DNA from: Paracoccaceae bacterium
GTDB lineage: Bacteria > Pseudomonadota > Alphaproteobacteria > Rhodobacterales > Rhodobacteraceae
Assembly (NCBI GenBank): GCA_051859505.1
Contig: JBHYFN010000011.1
Coordinates: 30,892-94,891, forward strand
Direction: 5' to 3'
DNA: 64,000 nt
Part shown: one piece after another, positions 57,336 to 64,000 of the stretch
How the letters are laid out: every line of letters starts with the position of its first letter
Position numbering within the stretch: the stretch's first letter is position 1
Position numbers and translations under genes: made by a program
Notes under the pieces: model-generated
The model's database searches: none
What the model was told of the DNA's origin: nothing
Seen by the model: only the letters and a program-made list of their open reading frames with translations

Positions 57336-58031
57336 ATGCCCGACCCCCGCATCACCGCCCCCTCCCGCGCCACGACCCCCCGAGACGGGGCCCCCGTGGG
57401 CGAGGCCACCCCCCGGCAGGCCACCCTGTCCGAGATCTTCTCGCCCCGCGCGATTGATGCGGCCGCCACCGGCTTTGCGCTGGCCCATGTCGATCCCGCG
57501 AAGGGGCCGGTCCTGTGGATCCAGGACCGCCTTTCGCGGCGCGAGGCGGGGCGGCCCTATCTTCCCGGCCTCGGCCCGGTGCAGGACATCCTCTATCTCG
57601 AGGTCTCCAAACCCGTCGATGTGCTTTGGGCGATGGAGCAGGGCCTGTCCTGCCGCGCCCTTGCCGCGGTGATCGGCGAGGTCTGGGGCCAGGCCCCGGC
57701 CGTCGATTTCACCGCGACCAAGCGGCTCGCGCTCCGCTCCGAGGCGCAGGCCGTGCCTGCATGGCTGATCCGCCGCGCCGCGAAACCCGACCTGAGTGCC
57801 GCGCGCGAACGCTGGCATGTCTCCTCGCTGCCTTCCGCGCTCGACCCCGACGATCCCCGCGCGCCGGGCGCGCCCCTCTGGCAGGCCGATCTGTTCCGCG
57901 CCCGCTGGCGTGCCCCCGCCCGCTGGGTCGCCCGCTATGACCGGGCGCGCCACAGGCTCGAGCTTGACCACGAACTCGCGCCCCGGCCGGCGGATCCGGC
58001 CCTCCGAAACCCCGACCTGCAGACCGGCTGA
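57336..58031 (+). CDS. imuA: ImuA (SulA/RecA-like) component of the imuA-imuB-dnaE2 mutagenesis cassette
   Basis: 231 aa. Position and size fit ImuA. VLWIQD...LSCRALAAVIGEVWG...ATKRLALRSE is typical of ImuA. Confidence 0.8.
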   Translation: MPDPRITAPSRATTPRDGAPVGEATPRQATLSEIFSPRAIDAAATGFALAHVDPAKGPVLWIQDRLSRREAGRPYLPGLGPVQDILYLEVSKPVDVLWAMEQGLSCRALAAVIGEVWGQAPAVDFTATKRLALRSEAQAVPAWLIRRAAKPDLSAARERWHVSSLPSALDPDDPRAPGAPLWQADLFRARWRAPARWVARYDRARHRLELDHELAPRPADPALRNPDLQTG

Positions 58032-58041
58032 CCGCCCGCCC

Positions 58042-59886
58042 ATGCCCCGCCCCGGAACCGGAGACACCGGCACCATCCTGCCCTTCGCCCGCCCCGCCCC
58101 GGCGGATCCCCCCGCGCTGCAGGGGCTGCAGAGCGATCCCGACACGCTCGCCCGCGCCATTGCCGCCCTGCAGGGCGCGCTTGTGGCCGAACTGCACCGC
58201 GCCCAGAACGATGCCCAGAGCGATCCCCCGGACAGCCCCGCCCCCCCGGCGGAAGAGCCCATCACCCCCATCGGGGCCCCTCGCACCCGCGCCCTGCCCC
58301 AGCCGGAGGAAACCCAGCCCGACGAGCCCCCGCGCGATCCCCTCGCCCGCCGCATCCTTGCCCTGCATTTCCCCCGTTTCCCCCTCGAACGCTGGCTGCG
58401 CGAGGCGGCGCGGCGCGGCGAGGACATCCCCGACGACCTGCCCTTCGCGCTCGCCGCCGAAGGCCCGCACGGCCCCGTCATCCAGGCCGCGAACCGCGCC
58501 GCCGAAGCGGCCGGCGTGGCGCCCGGCGCGCGGGTGGTCGACATGCGCGCCCTCTGCCCCGCGCTGCGGATCGCCCCCGCCGACCCCGGCGCCGATGCCG
58601 CGGCGCTCGCCCGGCTGATGCTCTGGGCGCGCCGCTGGTGCCCCTGGACGGCGACCGAGGGCGCGGCGGGGCTGATGATGGATGTGACCGGCGCGACCCA
58701 TCTCTGGGGCGGCGAGGCGGCGCTTCTGGCCGAGATCGAGGGGCGGCTCGCCACGATCGGCCTGACCGCCCGCGCCGCCCTCGCCCCCACGCAAGGGGCG
58801 GCCTGGGCGCTGGCGCGATACGGGGCCACGCGCGAGATCTGCGGGGCCGAGGCACTGGCCGCCCGCATGGCCCCCCTGCCGGTCCGCGCCCTGCGCCTGA
58901 CACCCGAGACGGTGCTGCTTTTGCAACGGCTGGGGCTGAAGACGGTGGGCGATCTGGCGGCGCTGCCGCGCATCTCGCTTGCGCGGCGGTTTTCGCGCGC
59001 GGCCCTGCCGGAAAATCCGCTGCTCCGCCTCGACCAGATGATGGGGCGGCTGGCCGAACCCGTCTCGCCGCCCGAAGATCCGCCCCGCTTCCTGGCCGAG
59101 ATCCGCCCCCCCGACCCCCTGCCCGACCCGCTTCCCCACATGCCCGCCCTCGCCCGCGCCCTCTGCGACAGCCTCGAGAGGGCGGGTTTCGGCGCGCGCC
59201 GGCTGCGCCTGACGCTCTATCGCAGCGATGGAGAGGTCAGCGTGATCGAGGCCGCCACCGCCCGGCCCAGCCGCGATGCGCCCCACCTCGCGCGCCTCTT
59301 CGAAGGGCGGCTCGAGGGCGTGGACCCCGGCTTCGGCTTCGACCTCCTGACCCTCGACGCCCCCGTGGCCGAGGCGCTGGAGGCACCCCAGCCCCGGCTC
59401 GACGGCCGCGTGCCCGACACGGCCGACCTCGCCCGGCTGGTCGACCGCGTCTCGGCCCGCTTCGGCCCCCGGGCGCTGCGCCGCCCCGCCCCCCGCGCGA
59501 GCCACCTGCCCGAACGGGCCGAGGACTGGCCCGCCGCCATGGCGGCGCTGGCCCGAACCGCCCCCCCCTCGCGCCCCCTGCCCGCCCGCGGCACCCGGCC
59601 CCTGCGCCTGTTCGAGCCACCTGAGGAGGTCGAGGTCCTCTACGCCGTGCCCGAAGGCCCCCCCGCCCGGTTCCTGTGGCGCCGCGTGACCCACCGCGTG
59701 ACCCGCTTCGCCGGCCCCGAACGCCTGGCCCCCGAATGGTGGCGCGCCCGCCCCGGCACCCGCCTGCGCGACTATTACCGGATCGAAGACCAGCACGGCC
59801 TGCGCTTCTGGATCTGCCGCGAAGGCGTGCTGAACGACGGGCGCGGCACCCTGCCGCGCTGGTTCGTGCAGGGGATCTTTCCATGA
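58042..59886 (+). CDS. imuB: ImuB (Y-family-polymerase-like, catalytically inactive scaffold)
   Basis: The conserved body starts near RRILALHFPRFPLERW (about 58346) and continues to FGPERLAPEWW...YYRIEDQHGLRFWICREG. The first in-frame ATG after the imuA stop is 58042, giving a Pro/Ala-rich extension of about 100 aa. The true start is uncertain. Confidence 0.82.
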   Translation: MPRPGTGDTGTILPFARPAPADPPALQGLQSDPDTLARAIAALQGALVAELHRAQNDAQSDPPDSPAPPAEEPITPIGAPRTRALPQPEETQPDEPPRDPLARRILALHFPRFPLERWLREAARRGEDIPDDLPFALAAEGPHGPVIQAANRAAEAAGVAPGARVVDMRALCPALRIAPADPGADAAALARLMLWARRWCPWTATEGAAGLMMDVTGATHLWGGEAALLAEIEGRLATIGLTARAALAPTQGAAWALARYGATREICGAEALAARMAPLPVRALRLTPETVLLLQRLGLKTVGDLAALPRISLARRFSRAALPENPLLRLDQMMGRLAEPVSPPEDPPRFLAEIRPPDPLPDPLPHMPALARALCDSLERAGFGARRLRLTLYRSDGEVSVIEAATARPSRDAPHLARLFEGRLEGVDPGFGFDLLTLDAPVAEALEAPQPRLDGRVPDTADLARLVDRVSARFGPRALRRPAPRASHLPERAEDWPAAMAALARTAPPSRPLPARGTRPLRLFEPPEEVEVLYAVPEGPPARFLWRRVTHRVTRFAGPERLAPEWWRARPGTRLRDYYRIEDQHGLRFWICREGVLNDGRGTLPRWFVQGIFP

Positions 59887-59906
59887 AGCGCTGCGCCCCG
59901 GACGAA

Positions 59907-59974
59907 GGGCAGAGGGGGGCTCTGCCCCCCGGGCCTCCGGCCCTCCCCCCGGGATATTTGAGAACAAAAGAAGC
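59907..59974 (-). repeat. Family-1 dispersed repeat, copy E (inverted orientation)
   Basis: The reverse complement reads gcttcttttgttctcaaatatcccgggggg agggccggaggccc ggggggc-aga-gcccccc tctgccc. Confidence 0.85.
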
Positions 59975-60054
59975 CCGCATGGAAGGCAATGCCCATGCCG
60001 CGCGCCCGGATGTCAGTGCGGGGGCGCGCGCCGGGGCTCTTGCCGAGGCTTTAT

Positions 60055-60123
60055 GCTTCTTTTGTTTGCAAATATCCTCGGGGGGGCCGGAGCGCAGCGG
60101 AGGCGGGGGGCAGACAGCCCCCC
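60055..60123 (+). repeat. Family-1 dispersed repeat, copy F
   Basis: gcttcttttgtttgcaaatatcctcggggggg ccggagcgcagcggaggc gggggg-cagacag-cccccc. Head-to-head with copy E; cores about 80 bp apart. Confidence 0.85.
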
Positions 60124-60155
60124 TGCGCGCTTCGGGCGGGGTGCGACGCTGAGCC

Positions 60156-63100
60156 ATGCCCGAGAACGACCACCAGCAGCCTCGCCGCAGCCTTGGCGAG
60201 GAGGGCTTTGTCCCCAACCCCCGCGCCCCTTTCGTGGAACTGGGGCTGACCTCGTGCTTTTCCTTCCTGCGCGGCGCCTCGGATGCCGTGGACCTTGCCG
60301 CCACCGCCTGGGCCCAAGGATACGACGCCATCGGCCTGGCCGATCTGAACACGCTGGCCGGGGTCGTGCGGATCCATACCGAGGGCAGGAAGGCCGCGCT
60401 GAAGCCTCTCATCGGCGCGCGGATCGTGCTGCTGACGGGCGAGGCTTTCCTGGCCTATCCCGTCGACCGCGCCGCCTATGGCCGGCTGTCGCGCCTGATC
60501 TCGAAGGGTCGGCGCCATGATCCGGAAGGCCGCTGGCAGGAGAAGGGGCGCTGCGATCTGACGCTTGACGATCTGGCGGCAGCCCAGGAGGGGCTGCAGC
60601 TGATCGCCCTGCCGCCCGATGATCCTGACGGTTTCGCCCGCGCCCTGCCGCGCCTTGTGCGCCGCCTGCCGTCGCTTCGCCATATCGCCGCGCGCTATCT
60701 TTATCGTGGCGACGACCGTGGGCGGATCACCGCGCTCGACCGGCTGGCGCGTGCCCAGGGCCTTGCGATCCTGGCCACCAATGACGTCCTTTACCACGCG
60801 CCCGAGCGCCGCCCTTTGCAGGATGTGATGACCTGCATCCGCGAGAAATGCACGCTCTCCGAGGCGGGCTTCCGGCTGGAACCCAATGCCGAGCGGCATC
60901 TGAAATCGCCCGAAGAGATGGTGCGCCTCTTCTCCGAATGGCCGCATGCGATCCGCGCCGCGCGCGCGGTGGCGGATGCCTGTCGCTTCGACCTTGAGGA
61001 GCTGAAATACGAATACCCCCGCGAGGTGATCCCCGAGGGGCGCAGCCCGCAGGACTATCTCGAGGAGCTGACATGGGCCGGCGCCGCGCGCCGCTATCCC
61101 GGCGGTGTGCCGCCCGAGACGCGGGCGACGCTCGACAAGGAACTGGCGATGATCGCCAAGCTCGACATCGCGCGCTATTTCCTGACCATCCATGACATCA
61201 TCCGCTTTGCCCGCGAGGAAGCGCAGCCCCCGATCCTGTGCCAGGGGCGCGGCTCGGCCGCCAATTCCGCCGTCTGCTATGTGCTGGGCATCACCGCGGT
61301 CGACCCCGCGCAGCACCAGTTGCTTTTCGAGCGTTTCATCAGCGAGGAGCGGAAGGAGCCGCCCGATATCGACGTCGATTTCGAGCATGAACGCCGCGAG
61401 GAGGTGATCCAGCATATCTATCAGAAATACGGCCGTGAGCGCGCGGGCCTTTGCGCCACCGTCATCCACTATCGCCCGCGATCCGCGATCCGCGAGGTGG
61501 GCAAGGTCATGGGCCTGTCCGAGGATGTGACGGGCGCGCTTGCCCGCACCATCTGGGGCTCCTGGGGCAAGGAGGTGAACGGCACCCATGTGGCCGAGGC
61601 GGGGCTGGACCTCTCGGATCCGGTGCTGCGGCGCACGATCATCCTGGCGCAGCAGCTGATCGGGATGCCGCGCCATCTGGGCCAGCATGTGGGCGGCTTC
61701 ATCCTGACCGAACGCCCGCTGACCGAGACCGTGCCCATCGGCAACGGCGCCATGCCCGAGCGCAGTTTCATCGAATGGGACAAGGACGATATCGACGCGC
61801 TGGGCATCCTCAAGGTCGATATCCTGGCCCTTGGCATGCTCACCTGCATCCGCAAGGCCTTTGACCTGATCGCGGCGCATTACGGCCAGCGCTACGACCT
61901 TGCCACCGTCCCGCAAGAGGATCCGCGGGTCTATGACATGCTGTGCAAGGGGGATTCCATCGGCGTCTTTCAGGTGGAAAGCCGGGCGCAGATGAACATG
62001 CTGCCGCGCCTGCGGCCGCGCACCTTCTATGACCTGGTGATCGAGGTGGCCATCGTCCGCCCCGGCCCCATTCAGGGCGACATGGTCCACCCCTACCTGC
62101 GCCGGCGCAGCGGGGAGGAGGCGGTGGACTACCCCTCGCCCGCCCCGCCGCATGATCCCGAAGAGCTCAAGCACATTCTCGGCCGCACCCTTGGCGTGCC
62201 GATCTTTCAGGAACAGGCGATGAAGATCGCGATCGAGGCGGCGCAATTCTCGCCCGCCGAGGCGAATGAATTGCGCAAGGCGATGGCGACCTTCCGGTCG
62301 CGCGGCACCATCGGGCTGCTCGAGGACAAGATGGTGGGCCGCATGGTCGCGCGCGGCTATGACGAGGAGTTCGCGCGGCGCTGTTTTGACCAGATCAAGG
62401 GTTTCGGCGAATACGGCTTTCCCGAAAGCCATGCGGCGAGTTTCGCGCAGTTGGTTTATGTCTCGAGCTGGCTCAAGTGCCATTTTCCCGATGTCTTCGG
62501 GACGGCGCTGCTCAATTCCCAGCCGATGGGGTTCTACGCCCCCGCCCAGATCGTGCGCGACATGGTGAACCACGGGGTCACGGTGCGCGCGCCGGATGTG
62601 AATTTCTCGGACTGGGATACGACGCTGGAACCGATCTCGACCGGGGGCCTTGCCGTGCGTCTGGGCCTGCGCCAGATCGGGGGCTTGCCGGTGGCCGCCG
62701 CCGCGCGCCTGCTGGCCGCGCGGGATGCGCCCTTCGAGAGCATCCCCGACCTCAAGACCCGCGCGGGGCTGTCGGCCGCGCATGTTCGCAGGCTGGCCGA
62801 GGGGGATGCGATGCGCTCGATGTTCATCGACCGGCGGCAGGCCTTGTGGGAGGCGAAGGGGCTGCGCGACGCGCCGGACCTGCCGCTCTTTCGGGACGGG
62901 ACGGACGAGGGGGCGGAAGGGTCGGTGCCGCTGCCGGTGATGCCGCTGCGCGAACAGGTGGTGGCCGATTACCAGACGTTGCGGCTGTCGCTGAAGGCGC
63001 ATCCGATGGCCTTCCTGCGCAAAAGCCTGCGCCGTCAGGGCTATGCCGCCTGTTCCGATCTGGCCCATGCGCGCGACCGGCAGCGGTTGAAGCTTGCGGG

Positions 63101-63482
63101 CCTCGTGCTGGTGCGGCAGCGGCCCGGCACGGCCAAGGGGGTCTGTTTCATCACGCTCGAGGATGAAACCGGCACCGCCAATCTGGTGATCTGGCCCAAG
63201 GTGATGGAGGCCTTCCGCAAGGTCGTGATGCAATCGCGGCTTCTGGTGATCCACGGCACCGTCCAGCGCGATGTCGAGATCGTGCATGTCGTGGCCGAAC
63301 GGCTGGAGGATCGCTCGGACGCGCTTTTGCGCCTCTCGCCCGACGGGATCGCGCCCTCTCTCGCCCATGCCGACGAGGTGAACCGGCCGCAGGGCAGCGA
63401 TCTGGCCAATCCGATGTCCGCCGCGCATCAGGGGCATCCGCGCAACATCCGTGTGATCCCGAAAAGCCGGGATTTCCACTGA
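60156..63482 (+). CDS. dnaE2: Error-prone DNA polymerase DnaE2 (ImuC)
   Basis: 1108 aa. PHP domain (ELGLTSCFSFLRGAS), Pol III alpha core (GRGSAANS, PDIDVDFE, FQVESR), OB fold. Follows imuA-imuB. Confidence 0.96.
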   Translation: MPENDHQQPRRSLGEEGFVPNPRAPFVELGLTSCFSFLRGASDAVDLAATAWAQGYDAIGLADLNTLAGVVRIHTEGRKAALKPLIGARIVLLTGEAFLAYPVDRAAYGRLSRLISKGRRHDPEGRWQEKGRCDLTLDDLAAAQEGLQLIALPPDDPDGFARALPRLVRRLPSLRHIAARYLYRGDDRGRITALDRLARAQGLAILATNDVLYHAPERRPLQDVMTCIREKCTLSEAGFRLEPNAERHLKSPEEMVRLFSEWPHAIRAARAVADACRFDLEELKYEYPREVIPEGRSPQDYLEELTWAGAARRYPGGVPPETRATLDKELAMIAKLDIARYFLTIHDIIRFAREEAQPPILCQGRGSAANSAVCYVLGITAVDPAQHQLLFERFISEERKEPPDIDVDFEHERREEVIQHIYQKYGRERAGLCATVIHYRPRSAIREVGKVMGLSEDVTGALARTIWGSWGKEVNGTHVAEAGLDLSDPVLRRTIILAQQLIGMPRHLGQHVGGFILTERPLTETVPIGNGAMPERSFIEWDKDDIDALGILKVDILALGMLTCIRKAFDLIAAHYGQRYDLATVPQEDPRVYDMLCKGDSIGVFQVESRAQMNMLPRLRPRTFYDLVIEVAIVRPGPIQGDMVHPYLRRRSGEEAVDYPSPAPPHDPEELKHILGRTLGVPIFQEQAMKIAIEAAQFSPAEANELRKAMATFRSRGTIGLLEDKMVGRMVARGYDEEFARRCFDQIKGFGEYGFPESHAASFAQLVYVSSWLKCHFPDVFGTALLNSQPMGFYAPAQIVRDMVNHGVTVRAPDVNFSDWDTTLEPISTGGLAVRLGLRQIGGLPVAAAARLLAARDAPFESIPDLKTRAGLSAAHVRRLAEGDAMRSMFIDRRQALWEAKGLRDAPDLPLFRDGTDEGAEGSVPLPVMPLREQVVADYQTLRLSLKAHPMAFLRKSLRRQGYAACSDLAHARDRQRLKLAGLVLVRQRPGTAKGVCFITLEDETGTANLVIWPKVMEAFRKVVMQSRLLVIHGTVQRDVEIVHVVAERLEDRSDALLRLSPDGIAPSLAHADEVNRPQGSDLANPMSAAHQGHPRNIRVIPKSRDFH

Positions 63483-63596
63483 GGCGTGGCGGCCAACCGG
63501 GGCCGGCGCCCAAAGATTAGGCAAATGCCGGATTCCGGGCAGCCCCCGGGCCAAAGCCCGCTTGCCAGCCCGCATTTCCCCCGTAAGATCGGGCAC

Positions 63597-64000
63597 ATGA
63601 CGCAGGCACACCTCTATGACGAAATGTGGGGCCACGGGCAGGTTCAGGCCCTGGGCGAGGGGCCGGCGCAGGTGCAATATGCGGGCCTGCGCGATCCCTA
63701 TGCCCGGTTCGACGACTGGCTGAAGGGCGAGGATCCGGCCCGTCTGCGCCGCAAGCAGCGCGAGGCCGAAGAGGTGTTTCGCCTGACCGGGATCACCTTC
63801 AACGTCTATGGCCGGGCCGAGGCGGCCGAGCGGCTGATCCCCTTCGACATCATCCCCCGCATCATCGCCGCGCGCGAATGGCAGCGCCTTGCCCGCGGGA
63901 TCGAGCAGCGGGTGCGCGCGATCAACGCCTTCCTGCACGACATCTATCACCGCCAGGAGATCATCCGCGCCGGCCGCCTGCCGGCCGAGATGGTGGCCCG
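63597..64000 (+). CDS. Circularly permuted type-2 ATP-grasp protein, N-terminal part (runs off the right edge)
   Basis: Manual translation from ATG at 63597: MTQAHLYDEMWGHGQVQALGEGPAQVQYAGLRD...EAEEVFRLTGITFNVYG...ERLIPFDIIPRIIAAREWQRLARGIEQRVRAINAFLHDIYH. Matches the conserved N-terminus of this family. Absent from the ORF track because there is no stop in the window. Confidence 0.75.
   Translation, partial: MTQAHLYDEMWGHGQVQALGEGPAQVQYAGLRDPYARFDDWLKGEDPARLRRKQREAEEVFRLTGITFNVYGRAEAAERLIPFDIIPRIIAAREWQRLARGIEQRVRAINAFLHDIYHRQEIIRAGRLPAEMVA

Noticed and set aside
57228-59967. 637-aa and 752-aa minus-strand ORFs over imuA-imuB
   Set aside because: They are antisense shadows of the imuA/imuB coding frames in GC-rich DNA. 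They have no motifs and run through the LexA box and repeat elements.
60051-63950. 1299-aa minus-strand ORF
   Set aside because: It is antisense to dnaE2, whose plus-strand product matches Pol III alpha/DnaE2 end to end. The antisense product is low-complexity R/G/A/P-rich.

Overview
High-GC (by eye about 65-70% GC) alphaproteobacterial chromosomal segment. It looks Rhodobacterales-like, inferred from gene order and the LexA-box type. It is densely coding, with about 60 CDS, 2 tRNAs and no rRNA.

Gene content, left to right:
- ccdA fragment, then dadA broken by a single in-frame TAG.
- MoxR-type AAA+ ATPase with a VWA/DUF2201 partner.
- A short low-GC islet carrying a P-loop kinase.
- A long minus-strand catabolic block. 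It contains an orphan E1-like ThDP enzyme, a GntR regulator, a class-V aminotransferase and a 5-gene family-5 ABC importer. These are followed by a Gfo/Idh/MocA oxidoreductase, an amidohydrolase-2 lactonase, an SDR, a split UxaA dehydratase, an RraA-like protein, a rhamnose-type mutarotase and an enolase-superfamily dehydratase.
- An SbcC/SbcD-like ATPase-nuclease pair.
- TfoX_C, SLT, a second P-loop kinase and ndk.
- radA-cvpA-purF.
- A GT61 plus two-sulfotransferase islet.
- SDR, DUF815 and tatCBA.
- yafY (WYL), bamE, then yceD-rpmF-plsX-fabH-ihfA-merR-tRNA-Pro.
- dcd-like gene, lpdA, PAS-GAF-GGDEF, DUF924, MFS, FkbM, tRNA-Thr and flavin reductase.
- xylAB with a ROK regulator.
- LexA-box-preceded imuA-imuB-dnaE2.
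- The start of a circularly permuted ATP-grasp gene.

I saw no CRISPR array, transposase, integrase, prophage or canonical defence operon.

What gene annotation does not explain is structural:
1. A six-copy dispersed intergenic repeat family, with an AT-rich 22-bp core followed by GC hairpins. Two copies form a head-to-head pair between imuB and dnaE2.
2. Six covarying hairpins built on AAATTT-GCA-AAATTT.
3. A 31-nt poly(C) tract between ndk and radA.
4. Several short perfect tandem repeats.

I cannot name a new system with confidence. The candidates are listed with tests that would decide them.
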